Below are positions 21,488 to 33,208 of a DNA stretch of 64,000 bases, in pieces; the first letter of the stretch is position 1; the number at the start of each line of letters is the position of its first letter. The notes beneath the pieces were generated by a model. It was not told where the DNA came from and ran no database searches. It saw nothing but the letters and a program-made list of their open reading frames with translations. The stretch lies in the NCBI GenBank assembly GCA_020184695.1, contig JAANOX010000079.1:87422-151421 (forward strand), written 5' to 3'. The DNA comes from Histomonas meleagridis 2922-C6/04-290x. Lineage: Eukaryota; Protista; Parabasalia. Made by a program: the position numbers and the translations under genes.

Positions 21488-22062
21488 ATGAATTCACTCA
21501 TTGAAAATTCAAAGAATTGCAAAATTCAATGGTTTATATAAAAACTGCTTAAGGGTGTTGTAGGACCAGATACGCAGTGAAAATATTTTGTCATAGAATG
21601 AAAATATCTCGAAAATATGTAAATATATTCTCACACAATACAATAAAAAAATCGTAAATATATTATTAATTCATATGGCAAAAGAGAATTAAGATTTATT
21701 TTTTATTATCTGATCGAATCGTAAATGCGAGCAATCCTTTTGCATTAAATTACCAAACCGCATTGTTTGAAGTTAAAGTTTAGCCATGAACGTTAGAACT
21801 ATGAAAATTTAACGCAGTTTGTTTGTTACCTTAACTTTATAATTATCGGCGCTAATAGAACCACACATCACAATTCCCTTTGAGATGGAAATTTTCTTAA
21901 AATATATCAAAATTTATTACATATGCCAGTTCAGATTGTGTTCATTCATATATCTTTATTCTTGCTTTTTTTTAAAGAAAAACGTTTTGTATAAAAATTT
22001 CAATTGCCTTTGTTTACAAACGGTTTTGTTCTGAAAATTTGGGGGTTTGAAACGCACAAATC

Positions 22063-22557
22063 ATGCAAAAAAAGCAAGTTGAATTAGACGTACCCGAATA
22101 TGATGAAACCGATAATAGGTATCGTGAAATCTTTGCTTCTTTGGATAAAGATGGCTCAGGTTTCTTAGATAAAAACGAATTTCATGAATTCATGAAAATG
22201 ATAGGAAAAGAAGCTCGAAGTGAAGAAATATTTGAAGTCATAGATAACGACCGAAATGGGAAAATTGTTGTTGAAGAATTTCTTCGTTACACTCGTGCTT
22301 GTGTCAGATTATTCAAAAATAATGATATTCAAACATACACAAAAATTTTCTTTGATGCAGCTGATACTGATAAGGATGGACATCTTAACATGAAAGAATT
22401 CGTCAAATTTATCAAGTATTGTGGTGGAAAAATCAATTTTCTAAATAAAAGAAGCCAATTCAATGAATGGGACACTGATGGAAACAAGAAAATTAGCTTT
22501 GATGAAGTAATGGACAAGATCGAATTTCACATCAAGAAGGGAACTTTAACCCTTTAA
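22063..22557 (+). CDS. Four-EF-hand calcium-binding protein
   Basis: EF loops DKDGSGFLDKNE, DNDRNGKIVVEE, DTDKDGHLNMKE, DTDGNKKISFDE. Confidence 0.9.
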   Translation: MQKKQVELDVPEYDETDNRYREIFASLDKDGSGFLDKNEFHEFMKMIGKEARSEEIFEVIDNDRNGKIVVEEFLRYTRACVRLFKNNDIQTYTKIFFDAADTDKDGHLNMKEFVKFIKYCGGKINFLNKRSQFNEWDTDGNKKISFDEVMDKIEFHIKKGTLTL

Positions 22558-22791
22558 TAACAAATTTCATTTTCCTAATTTAGCTTGAAACCAAAAAGTA
22601 AATATCACAATGATATTAAGAAGCTTTTTTTGCTCTGTTTTTGAATTTTAATTACATGAAAAGCAATTTTAAAATTTCAACATTTTTTTAAAGTATTAAA
22701 ATTGAACGAAATGTATTTAAGGAAAATGGACCACTCTGCTAAGAAATGATTATAATCCTAAAAGATTAAAAAAAATCTTTTGTTTCTTTGC

Positions 22792-23262
22792 ATGGTTAAA
22801 AAACGGCGCCAAATTCTGTTAAAAGTGACAGGCAATCCAATGAAACAATTCCAAGATCTCTCACAGAAAGAAAAGACAATTTTTCAAGATATTGTAAATG
22901 CAAAACTTAACGAAATCTTAATTAATTTTCAAGCTACAACAGTTGAAGAATTCATGAAAAGTTCATGGGAAGAATTTAATAATAAAAAGCATAACATAAC
23001 AAAACACAGGGGTGAGAGAAAAGCTAAAGTAAAAGCAAAAGAGGAGGAGGATTTTGATCCATTCGCAAAAGAAAATGGTTTTTTGACACCAGAAGAACAG
23101 AAATTTGAAAAATATCTGAAGCAACAACTCTCTGAAAGAGAAGAAGAATTAACATCAATGCAACCAAGAGACAGGGTAAGGCTTTTGTCGCATGAGTGGT
23201 GTGCTTTAACTGATAAAGAAAAGAATTCCGTCGTAGCCAAGTATGGAAAATTTGCAAAATAA
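22792..23262 (+). CDS. Small protein with HMG-box-like C-terminus
   Basis: DRVRLLSHEWCALTDKEKNSVVAKY resembles HMG-box helices 2-3. Confidence 0.5.
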   Translation: MVKKRRQILLKVTGNPMKQFQDLSQKEKTIFQDIVNAKLNEILINFQATTVEEFMKSSWEEFNNKKHNITKHRGERKAKVKAKEEEDFDPFAKENGFLTPEEQKFEKYLKQQLSEREEELTSMQPRDRVRLLSHEWCALTDKEKNSVVAKYGKFAK

Positions 23263-23625
23263 TTTTTTGCTTCAAACAATACTGATATTATGCAAAAAAA
23301 AAGTTACAATATTTTGGTTCAAACAACATTGCATGCAATCATTTTCATAAACTAATTTGTACCAATCTCCTTTTTAGCTTTCTCTTTTAATTATTAATAA
23401 TGGTTTAAGCTTCTTATGATAAATTATAAAGATGAAATTTAAAACATAAAAATTTAAAACAAATATTTTGCTAAGCCCAGGACAAATACGATATTTCCTT
23501 TAAAATTAGAATGCTCATTGTGAAAAAATTCATGTGAATTTTTATAACGCTGAAACAAGTCAGTGCGAAGTTTTGGCGCCACTTTTCAGTGTTGGTCATT
23601 CTTATCAAAAAGTCGTTTCATTTCG

Positions 23626-24225
23626 ATGTCGAGTTCCGAGAACGAAGCTAACCCACCAGAAGAAGCTCCACAGGACTCTTCTAAGGGGGAAAGCGCACAA
23701 GAGCCTTGGGTTTTGTATATCGGAAACATTAGCTATGAAACGACAGAAGATGAATTGAGAGATAAATTCTCCCAATTTGGAACAATAAGCAGAGTTAAAA
23801 TACCAAGGCCTAGGGGCTCCCATGCTGGGTATGCTTTTATTGACGTTCCTGATAAAGATGATGCGTCAAGAATGATTGAATCAATGAACGAAACAGAATT
23901 TGGTGGGCGTCGCATTTATGTAGAATTCTCTGACGGAAAGGGTAGGAGAAGGGATGACAGCCGACGCAGGAGTAGGCATGATAGACATGAAAGAAGACGT
24001 AGCAGAAGTTATGATGATTATTACTCACCACCACCAAGAAGAAGGTACCGTGATGACCGCCGATCAAGAAGGAGTCGTAATGCATATGATGATTACTACT
24101 CTCCACCACCACGAAGAAGCCGTGATAGATATGATGATTATTCTCCACCGCCTAGGAGATCTTCACGCGACAGGTACGATTCCCCTCCACGAAGGAGAAG
24201 CGGAAGATATGATGATCATAGGTGA
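23626..24225 (+). CDS. SR-like RRM splicing factor
   Basis: RNP2 LYIGNI, RNP1 GYAFIDV, and an RS/RD-rich tail with DDYYSPPPRR repeats. Confidence 0.88.
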   Translation: MSSSENEANPPEEAPQDSSKGESAQEPWVLYIGNISYETTEDELRDKFSQFGTISRVKIPRPRGSHAGYAFIDVPDKDDASRMIESMNETEFGGRRIYVEFSDGKGRRRDDSRRRSRHDRHERRRSRSYDDYYSPPPRRRYRDDRRSRRSRNAYDDYYSPPPRRSRDRYDDYSPPPRRSSRDRYDSPPRRRSGRYDDHR

Positions 24226-25288
24226 ACCAAGTCCAGACACTAAATCCAATATCTGATTAAGTCAAAAGGATGACCATTTTTGAACATTGAGAGCTTGAAC
24301 AATTGAAACGTTGCCTGACTATCAAATAGAATTAAATATTATAGAGATTATTGAAAATTTTGGAAAATGTATTTCCGTAAGGTTTCTTCATTAAAGTACC
24401 ATGAATTCATTGTTCATGGATTTTAGTCAACTGTTTCTTTTTTGCTTAATGTTAGAATCTTCAAAAAGATAACTTTTTTCTACTAAACGAATATATGTTA
24501 TAACGTTCGTAACTACGAAACAGTTAAGGGCACCCCAAATTGTGATTGGGATTTGAATTGGTACACAATTTGAATGACCGACTTTGTGTTTTTTTTCTAT
24601 ATTTTGCATATCTATGTGCAAGACTCAATCAAAAGGCTAACATAGAAATGAATGGATGAGAAATACTCCAATTTACTATGCGAACATTTGTTTACTATAA
24701 TGAAAATAATTTTATTGAGGCAGCCATTCCAATACTTGATTTATTTGATAAAAATTACAATACTCACTAAATATAATTAATAGCCGAATAATATATTCAT
24801 CATTTGTTAAAGATGCTCATATAATTGATTTTGATGTTTTATTACTTTCCTCAAAGAAATAAAAAACAGAGAAGAACGTAAGCAAAACTTTTCAATCGAT
24901 AATACATGATATATTTATGATAATAATTTTCTTTCTCTTTATCTTAGATATCATTGATATCATTAATTAAGACATTAAAAATACACAAATAAATAATTTA
25001 TTCAACGAATATTTTCCACAACAAAATCATCATTACATTTTTGCTTCTTTCTTTACTTTTACTTTATTCAAACAAAATTTTTTCGTTCAATTTAACATCA
25101 AAACAAGTTGGAGTAATATCATTTATTTTATCTTGTTTTTCATGCAATTTTATAAAATCAAGTATTCCTATAATTTTTTTTTTAATAAATAAAATAACAA
25201 AATAGTTACAAATACGATAATATTGAAATTCGATAAGGTTATTTTACCAAATGCATTTCTTGCGACTCTAACTATTTCAAACCTTTAA

Positions 25289-25900
25289 ATGAATTCCATA
25301 CTACCTAATGAAGATGTTGATTATGTGATAAAGATAATTTTAGTTGGTGAATCTGGTGTTGGTAAAACAAATTTACTTTCTCAGTTTGCCCGAGGATTAT
25401 TTGTTTCAAATTCAAAAACTACAATTGGTGTTGAATTTGCATCTAAAACGATTGAATATAGAGGCAAAAAAGTGAAAGTTCAAATCTGGGATACTGCTGG
25501 GCAGGAGCGATATCGCGCAATCACAAATTCATACTATAGAGGAACAAAAGGTGCAATGATTTTATATGATATAACATCAGCAGCAACATTTAATGCTCTT
25601 CCGAAATGGCTTGCTGAAGTAAGAGAAAGTGTTGGAAATGATGTTCCAATTATGCTAATTGGAAATAAATTAGATCTCGAAGATAAAAGATCAATACTCC
25701 AAAAAGAAGCAGCTCATTATGCAGAAATTGAAAAAATGTTATATTTTGAAACTTCAGCAATGGATTCAACAAATGTTGAAACAGCTTTTAACCAAATGAT
25801 AAATGAAATATGCCAATTAAACTTTGTCTTTGCAGGAGATAATTTGGTGCAAAAAGGAATATCAATTAAAACAGAAGAAGAAAATGGGAAATGCTGCTAA
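25289..25900 (+). CDS. RAB11: Rab11-family GTPase
   Basis: GESGVGKT, TIGVEFAS, WDTAGQERYRAIT, GNKLD, ETSA, C-terminal CC. Confidence 0.88.
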   Translation: MNSILPNEDVDYVIKIILVGESGVGKTNLLSQFARGLFVSNSKTTIGVEFASKTIEYRGKKVKVQIWDTAGQERYRAITNSYYRGTKGAMILYDITSAATFNALPKWLAEVRESVGNDVPIMLIGNKLDLEDKRSILQKEAAHYAEIEKMLYFETSAMDSTNVETAFNQMINEICQLNFVFAGDNLVQKGISIKTEEENGKCC

Positions 25901-26220
25901 GAAACTTTGTAAAAACATTTTCCCCTATTTTATTTATTGTTTTTAATATCTTAATGTACATGAATATTTTTAAAAATATGTGATTATATACAATTAGAAT
26001 TAACTGTTTGTGAATAAATTTATATTATGAAGAAAAACAAATCGAAGCAAATGAAAATTATGAAGGAATTCTTTTGTGTTGGTGAAATTCACTCGTTTTA
26101 TGTACATAGGACGAAATTTGAACTAATGTAATATTAAACACATGAGATTTTTTTTTGCTTGCCCAAATAAAACAGATGATGAAAAAATATGTAATTTTAG
26201 AAATTAAAAATAAAAAAATT

Positions 26221-26293
26221 CACCTTCGACGGGATTCGAACCCGCAACCCCAGGATTAAAAGTCCTATGCTCTAACCGTTGAGCTACGAAGGT
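26221..26293 (-). tRNA. tRNA-Lys(UUU)
   Basis: Reverse complement ACCTTCG...CGAAGGTG with a full cloverleaf, anticodon loop CTTTTAA, GGTTCGAATCC T-arm, followed by a T7 terminator. Confidence 0.97.
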
Positions 26294-26425
26294 TAGTCAT
26301 TCTTGCTTTTATGGAAAAATAAATAATGTATACTATTATATAAGATATCTTATTGAAATTTTTATCTTTTTCATTTTTATTTTATTTATATTTTATTTTT
26401 TTTTTTTTTTTTTAAATTATTTGTT

Positions 26426-28532
26426 TTATATATCGCTTTTATTAATTGTCTTTATTGTTAATTTATTGTTAAAAGTGTAGAATGAAAAATAAAGAAACCA
26501 TGTGTAACTGTTATCATGATGATATTGATATTCTTCAAGTAAATTTACAATATCTGTATGTCCATTATTTCGTGCATAATCTATTGATGTTAAAAAATTT
26601 TGTTATAAATCCCAATTATTTAGAAAAAACATCAAAATAAAAAATTAAACATCATGAAAAAAAAATAAAATTGATTTCGCATTAACATTAATTCCTTTTT
26701 GTTCTAAAAGTAATTTAACAACTTCAATATGACCATAAAAACTTGCACACATTAATGATGTTAGAAATGATAATTTAAAATTCCAATTAATAAATAGAAT
26801 CATCAATAATTAAATATAAATTCTAAATCATTTTAAAATATATCTGATGAATTAACTTTAATATCTTTTTGTTCTAGAAGTAATTTAATGATTTCAAGAT
26901 GATTATATCGACAAGCAATCATTAATGGTGATAAAAGAATATAAATTAAATTTTAAATTTAATATTTAAACATATTATTATAAAATTAAATATAAAATAT
27001 ATTAAATAAATATCTTTTTTATTATAATTGATCCCTATTTCAAGAAAATATTTAACAACTTCTATATTTCCATATCTACATGCATACATAAATGCTGTTT
27101 TAAATAATTCATTGAATTCCCTTTTATTATATTTAAACATAAAAAATTTTAAATTAATTCGATTCGATGTTAAAAAATACTTCGAATATTAAAATCAACT
27201 TCTTATTTTTATGTTTAAGTAATAATTTAACAATATCATAAGAACCATTTTGACATGCTTTCATTAATGCTGTCAAAAATATTTAAAATAAATACCAATT
27301 ATTCAATAAAAATATTAATGAAAATATTTAAACATGAAAAAATTAATTTAAATATTCGTGGCATTAATATCAATATCTTTTTTATCTAAAATATATTTCA
27401 CAATGTCAATATTATCTGGAACTATCGCATAAACTAAAATATTATTTGGCATTTCATGATTCATTAAAAAATGTTCCATAAGATACATATTTCCAAAACG
27501 CACTGCCGTACCTATTATACTTTCATTTATTTTCATTTCTTCATCTTCTAAAAATGAAAGAATTTCAAAGTTATTGCATTCAATACATTTAATCCCTAAA
27601 TCAGTTAAACTTTTGATTTCGATTGGTCGCTTTTCATAAAGATAATGAAATACTTCATTTCGATGGAACTCAATTGCAGCTTCATATGATCCCTCAAAAG
27701 TGGAATGATTTTGTTCACATAAATGTATAATTTCAGGATTTCCACTTGCTGCTGCAAATTTCCCAGTGTTTTCTAAGTTGGAATTATTCATAAGTAAATA
27801 TTTAAAACATTTTAATGCTCCAAAAAAAGCACTACAATCAATAAGTGTAACATTAGTCTTATTAGTGAATGAACACTTCTCATAAAGTGATGGTTCAATT
27901 GTTTGATTAAAATTAAAGTTTTCTTCCGATGATATTTCTTGAAGTTTTTCCAAATCATCATTTCGAATGGCTTTTACAAGTGAATATGGATTAACTCCTT
28001 CTTGAAGAAGTTTTTTATGAAGTTTCCAATCATCTTTTTCTAATTCATAGATATTTTCGAAAAATTTTTTTCCAAAAAAGGTTTGTTGCAAGCGATTGAC
28101 TTCATCCTTTGACTTGTGATGTGAAAAATACAAAGAATTTTTATTTTTGCTTAAACTTGGATCAACCATCTTTTCTTCAATCATTTTTTCTAAAAGATAA
28201 TTTGATTCCTGTGATTCAATTCGTGTAAGAAGTTTATATAAAATTTTGATAATTTCTTGTTGATTTTTAGTGATTTCTTCTTCTTTTTTTTCAATTTCTT
28301 TCAAATATCTAAAATAAATATTTTCATCTTTATCTTGTAATGTGAAAGAAGAATAAATTAATCGACAAATTATTAAATTGAAAAAATAAGGATAATTAGA
28401 ATCAAAAAGATCAATCGTTGATTGAACTGAAATATTGAAATCTTCTTCAGTGAGATCAAAAATAATTTTTTCGAGTGATTGTAGTTCCTTTAAATTAAAA
28501 TCTTTGTTTTTTATGTCTGGTTCTTCTCCCAT
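26426..28532 (-). CDS. DUF3447/ankyrin protein with spacer-interrupted ankyrin tail
   Basis: The 394-aa ORF stops at the first spacer. Further ankyrin exons follow spacers at 27350-27280, 27175-27105, 27008-26938, 26838-26768 (all 71 nt) and 26668-26597 (72 nt). A 165-nt deletion fuses two repeats out of frame. Confidence 0.75.
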
Positions 28533-28812
28533 TGGTGCTTGTCAAAAAATGCGGCAACCGTAATAACATATTCAAAAACTGGATGATATCACATCACATT
28601 TGTAAAGTTCTTGGGGGCAATTCCACGAAATGTAATTAGATTATTTAGTGAAAATAGAGTTTTTCATTTTGGGTAAAAATCGAACAAAATGGACAGGTGT
28701 TGCCAACGTTTTGATTAAATAATCACTTAACATGAAAATTAATGTGAATATGTGGCAACCTGCCCAAGATGAAGAACTCGGCTAAAAATATTTAGTAAAA
28801 ATTATAACATTA

Positions 28813-29784
28813 TTACAATTGAGACATTTTATATAAACCAAATTGTTTTAGTATTGGCTCAAAATACACATCCTCTTCTTCATCATCCTCTATAATTTCA
28901 AATTTTCCTGAGCCAGCACAAATCAATCCATCCTTTGGTGATGGCACTGCAAGTGGAGTAGGGCCATTTCCAACTTCACCAATTAGTTGGAAATTATTAT
29001 TTACATCATAGATTTGCGCTTCTTTTTCTTCATTTCCAATTATTAAATAAATTTCATTTGATCCCAATGAAATATATCTACTCGTTTTCCTACATGTTTG
29101 GAAATGATTGCATGGAATATTCGGTGATCTCATGTCTATGCAATATACTTCATTTTCTAATCTTGCAGATGTTATTAAAAAATCATTATTCCAATTTTGG
29201 GAGTCTAGTCCATGATTATGAAATTTAGATGTTAATACACATTCATAAGTACGACTATCGATGTAAATTAAATCACCTGTAGAAAGCCCAAGCGAAATTA
29301 TAGATGATAACTTGTGAGATGAAACACTAAGAATACTTCCGGGGCACTTCAAAATTGGGGTGCCCAGTTTTTCGGATCTTGAAATATCGCATTGAAAAAG
29401 TGCTTTTGTACCACCAGCTAAAATAGATGCACCATTAAATAACAATGAGGTAAGTGATGCTGCTCGATCGCCTTTGCATTGACAACGGTAACTAGATCTT
29501 ATATGACCATCATTAGAGTCAATTAAGTAAATTGGGCACATAGGACAAACAGAAGCATACGCACATGAAGAAGGATTATTAATATCCATAAGAGGATACC
29601 ATACTATGTCTGTCACGGTTGTTGGGTTTTTGATTGTAAAAGGATTTGAAAAATCAGAAATCTTAATTATCTGTAAATCATTGGAAAACGAAGACACAAT
29701 TACTGATGATCCGTCGGGAGACCATACAATTCTTCTTGGTAAAAATTCTGTTTTTCCTTTGTCTTGTAATAAAAAATTATTCAT
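28813..29784 (-). CDS. WD40 protein, WRAP53/TCAB1-like
   Basis: DIVWYPLMDINNPSSCAYASVCPMCPIYLIDSNDGHIRSSY follows the WRAP53 pattern (WYP...S.SR.NPIHIWD...G.LRASY). Confidence 0.65.
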   Translation of the reverse strand: MNNFLLQDKGKTEFLPRRIVWSPDGSSVIVSSFSNDLQIIKISDFSNPFTIKNPTTVTDIVWYPLMDINNPSSCAYASVCPMCPIYLIDSNDGHIRSSYRCQCKGDRAASLTSLLFNGASILAGGTKALFQCDISRSEKLGTPILKCPGSILSVSSHKLSSIISLGLSTGDLIYIDSRTYECVLTSKFHNHGLDSQNWNNDFLITSARLENEVYCIDMRSPNIPCNHFQTCRKTSRYISLGSNEIYLIIGNEEKEAQIYDVNNNFQLIGEVGNGPTPLAVPSPKDGLICAGSGKFEIIEDDEEEDVYFEPILKQFGLYKMSQL

Positions 29785-29804
29785 TTTCCCACTTAGTCGT
29801 AGTT

Positions 29805-29834
29805 GACCGTTTATATTATCGGTTATAACCGTTT
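29805..29834. promoter_or_regulatory. Bidirectional mini-promoter with two M3-like motifs
   Basis: Only 56 nt separate divergent ATGs at 29784 and 29841; the gap contains GACCGTTT and AACCGTTT. Confidence 0.5.
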
Positions 29835-29840
29835 AAACTA

Positions 29841-30437
29841 ATGGAAAACGAAAAAAAATTCTTGAGATGGCTATCAAACAGAAATGGAAAAAGGATTGGG
29901 TCAATTTTAGAGGCCCAGAAGGGCGAAGCAATATGTCGCTATTTGTGCAAGATTGCTGGTCTAAATGATGAAATTGATGAAATAAAAAAAGGAGAAACAG
30001 ATGATGAAAGGAAGTCAAATTATGAACTCGCAATGCTCTGCTATGAGACAATTGGGATAGATTTTTATTTTGATATCGAAAAATTGTCAAGAAATGATAT
30101 TACAGAATTTAAAAAATTTGCTGAAGAACTTATGACATTAGATGAGGAAGAAGAAGATACGTTAGGAATTGGTGATGATGAAAATGATGAAATTTCTATT
30201 CTTTTAGATGAATTAGATATGGACCTTGCAAATAAATTAAATGAGGCAATAGAATTCAAAAAAGAACTTGACAGCTATGGGACAGAACGAGATTTCTATT
30301 TATCTAAGCTCCTCAAAATTGAATCAATTTGCTCTAATTTTTCTCAAACTGATTCTAAATCAGTTATGGATATCTTGCGTTTGTCTTCAAATGACTTTCA
30401 GCCTGTTAAAAGTCCAAATTCGGATGGGAAATTGTAG
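29841..30437 (+). CDS. EB1/MAPRE-family microtubule end-binding protein
   Basis: N-terminal CH-like segment and EB1 C-terminal motif ERDFYLSKLLKIESIC. Confidence 0.75.
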   Translation: MENEKKFLRWLSNRNGKRIGSILEAQKGEAICRYLCKIAGLNDEIDEIKKGETDDERKSNYELAMLCYETIGIDFYFDIEKLSRNDITEFKKFAEELMTLDEEEEDTLGIGDDENDEISILLDELDMDLANKLNEAIEFKKELDSYGTERDFYLSKLLKIESICSNFSQTDSKSVMDILRLSSNDFQPVKSPNSDGKL

Positions 30438-30766
30438 AATATATTGTATGTATCAATTTTTATAACATATTTTTTATAACATAATTTTTATAACATATTT
30501 TTTCATATTTTTTTATTTAAAAAATACTAGGTAGATTCACAATTGCAAACAGATTTTGTTTAATTAAACTTGTCATGATAATTCATTATTACAAACTGTG
30601 AAAATTTTGTGACCACTCCGACTCAAAGATATATAAAGAGATGAATAAAATTTAATATTAATATTGATAACTTAATTTTATTATCACAATGCTCAAAATT
30701 TATTCCATCTTCCTTGTGGTGTAAATCATTCAAAAGTGACTTTGGGGTGCCTTGTTTCTAGACTGG

Positions 30767-32866
30767 ATGGAAGTTGACCAAAATATCCTACAACAAGTAA
30801 TTCAAATGTTAGAGATGACATTGGATCCAAATTCACAGGAAAAAGTTTTCGAAGCTTTTGTTTCATTTTCACAAAATCCTCAATTTATATTATATCTTTC
30901 TATTATTATTTCTAAACAAGAAATACCAGAAGTTATAAGGACACAAGCATGCATACAAATGCGTAGATATTTACAATATTCAAATCCTGAAACACTTCAA
31001 ATTATTAACAACTTTTTAGGGCCATCAATTCAATATGTTTTTAAAATCAAACCTAGCATCCTTGTGAGGCAAGCGGCTGCACTTCTTTCCACTCTTGTGT
31101 ACTCTTATAATATAATTATTTTTCCTCTGATTCAAAATATTCTTTCTGAAATAATACAATATCCTGAAATTGCAGAAAACGCTTTTATTTTTATCGAAGA
31201 ATTTCTTATCGAAGCTGAAGCACACAAAACTTCTTTTTCCTTGAATCCAGATTTCATTAACTCTTTTTCAAAATTTGTTTTTGCTCCTTATTCCACACTT
31301 GTTATCAAGACGGCTATGCATCTCAGCCGTATTTATTCCAACTCATTTCGTCCAACTCTTATTCCATTACTCATTACAAATTTCAATGCGCTTTCAGAAG
31401 AAGCCACACAGTATACAATAGAAATCATTGGCAATTCCATTTTTGATGATAGGAACGATATTGATTTAATTAATTTTGTCATTTCCTGCATATCTCATCC
31501 ATATGAACCTACAGCAATTTCAGCCGCCAGAATCTTTCAGAATGATCAAATGATACCACTACAAGAAGCGTGCATCCTACAGCTTGCCCAAATGACCGGT
31601 CGAAATTTTGACTTGACACAATATAATTTGTCAACCCAATGTTTGGAAACCTTAACCGATCTCCTTAGTATACATCCTGATGAAGTTATGAGGGTTCTAT
31701 ATCCTCGTATTCAAACAGCTCTTCAATCTCAAGATGAACAACAAACGAAATGTTCATTACGTTGTTTATCAATAATTCATACTAAAATCGACAAAATATC
31801 TGAACTTGTTGATTTTGTTCTTCCTTTTCTTAACAGTCCTCTTGTTTGTGATGCAGCATATTGTTTGGCTTCCATAGCTGAAACGAATCCACAATTCAAA
31901 AAAAGTGTCATTGATGTTTTGTTTATGTGCATTCAAAATGTTCAATTCCCTCAAAAAGTGAGAAGTCAAATTCAATCGTTTATTCCACCGTTATTATGCA
32001 ATATCTTACTTCCACCAGATCCTTATATAAAAATATTATTAACATTACTCATGAATACGCAAGAACCTTATGATCAAGGATTATTATTATATTTACTATC
32101 AAAATTTCTCGAAAATGTCACAACATTAGAAGATTATGATAGTGTTAATGCTTTAGTACAAGTAGCTTATCTAGCTTTAAAAAACTTTGATGTTTTTGGC
32201 TCAGCTGCTCTTCATTTATTTGGTAATATTATTGTGAAAAATAGAAATGTTTTCCAACAAGTTTTAATTGAAGTTTCAGAAAAAGCTTTTCAATCTCTAA
32301 GTGATGTGGAGAACGTTAATTTGGTCTGTTATTCAATTCACTTTTTCATGCAAGCGGCGGTTGCGTCGGTTCTATACAATTTACCTATCGTTGAGATTAT
32401 TGGAAAAGTGTCACCATGTATAGTACAATTATTAAGAACAGAATCAAGATTATATGCATGGGATTTCTTAATATGTTTACATGACACTTATAAAGATTGC
32501 TTTTATGCATTGATGGACGTGTTTATGCGTGTTATTGTCGAAACTCCTAATGATGAGAGATTAGAAGTTATCGGAAGAATTGCAATTATTACTTCGTATT
32601 GTATCGATGATAAAGGAAAGGAAGTGATCAATGCATTTGGAAATGATATAATGAGAGTACTTCAGGAAGGATTTAAGTTTTGCGTGGAAGATTCTAACAT
32701 CGAAAGGAAGCGAATTGGCTTCTGTATTGCAAAGGTTTATTTGGTTGCGCAAGCGCCAGTTCCCCAGAAAATATTTGAAGATCTGCTTCTCATATTTTCG
32801 GATTATATGTCTGAAGAAGAGAAAAAAAACTTTTCTCCAATACTTCACGCTTTGTACAAACAATGA
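30767..32866 (+). CDS. Importin-beta/transportin-like HEAT-repeat protein
   Basis: IBN_N-like N-terminus (SQNPQFILYLSIIIS...IRTQACIQMRR) and HEAT-like helical repeats. Confidence 0.7.
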   Translation: MEVDQNILQQVIQMLEMTLDPNSQEKVFEAFVSFSQNPQFILYLSIIISKQEIPEVIRTQACIQMRRYLQYSNPETLQIINNFLGPSIQYVFKIKPSILVRQAAALLSTLVYSYNIIIFPLIQNILSEIIQYPEIAENAFIFIEEFLIEAEAHKTSFSLNPDFINSFSKFVFAPYSTLVIKTAMHLSRIYSNSFRPTLIPLLITNFNALSEEATQYTIEIIGNSIFDDRNDIDLINFVISCISHPYEPTAISAARIFQNDQMIPLQEACILQLAQMTGRNFDLTQYNLSTQCLETLTDLLSIHPDEVMRVLYPRIQTALQSQDEQQTKCSLRCLSIIHTKIDKISELVDFVLPFLNSPLVCDAAYCLASIAETNPQFKKSVIDVLFMCIQNVQFPQKVRSQIQSFIPPLLCNILLPPDPYIKILLTLLMNTQEPYDQGLLLYLLSKFLENVTTLEDYDSVNALVQVAYLALKNFDVFGSAALHLFGNIIVKNRNVFQQVLIEVSEKAFQSLSDVENVNLVCYSIHFFMQAAVASVLYNLPIVEIIGKVSPCIVQLLRTESRLYAWDFLICLHDTYKDCFYALMDVFMRVIVETPNDERLEVIGRIAIITSYCIDDKGKEVINAFGNDIMRVLQEGFKFCVEDSNIERKRIGFCIAKVYLVAQAPVPQKIFEDLLLIFSDYMSEEEKKNFSPILHALYKQ

Positions 32867-33208
32867 TTATGAACAATGTTTATGTTTTGTAAGTAAATTA
32901 TATAAAAAACCTAAAAAATATTGTTAAATAATTAATAAATTTAATGAGAAAAGATTCTTTAGTGTGAATGTTAATTAATAAAATGCATTATAATGTAATA
33001 AGTTATCAAAATTTAAGGTAAATCGTTTCATTAGAAATTTATTTCTACTTTTATTGTTTAGAAAATTTAATATATAAAAAAGTTACACGTATAAAATAAT
33101 TTTTTTTCTCTCAAAAACAGTTCAAATGAACAAAAATATAACAAGAAAATAAGTTTTATTTAAATAAAAAAATTCTCTTGAAAAATTATCAAAACATTAG
33201 CTTTATTA

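Noticed and set aside
28550-28762. Three GGCAAC/GTTGCC hexamers upstream of the ankyrin gene (X-box-like)
   Set aside because: Half-sites only, irregular spacing, compatible with chance.
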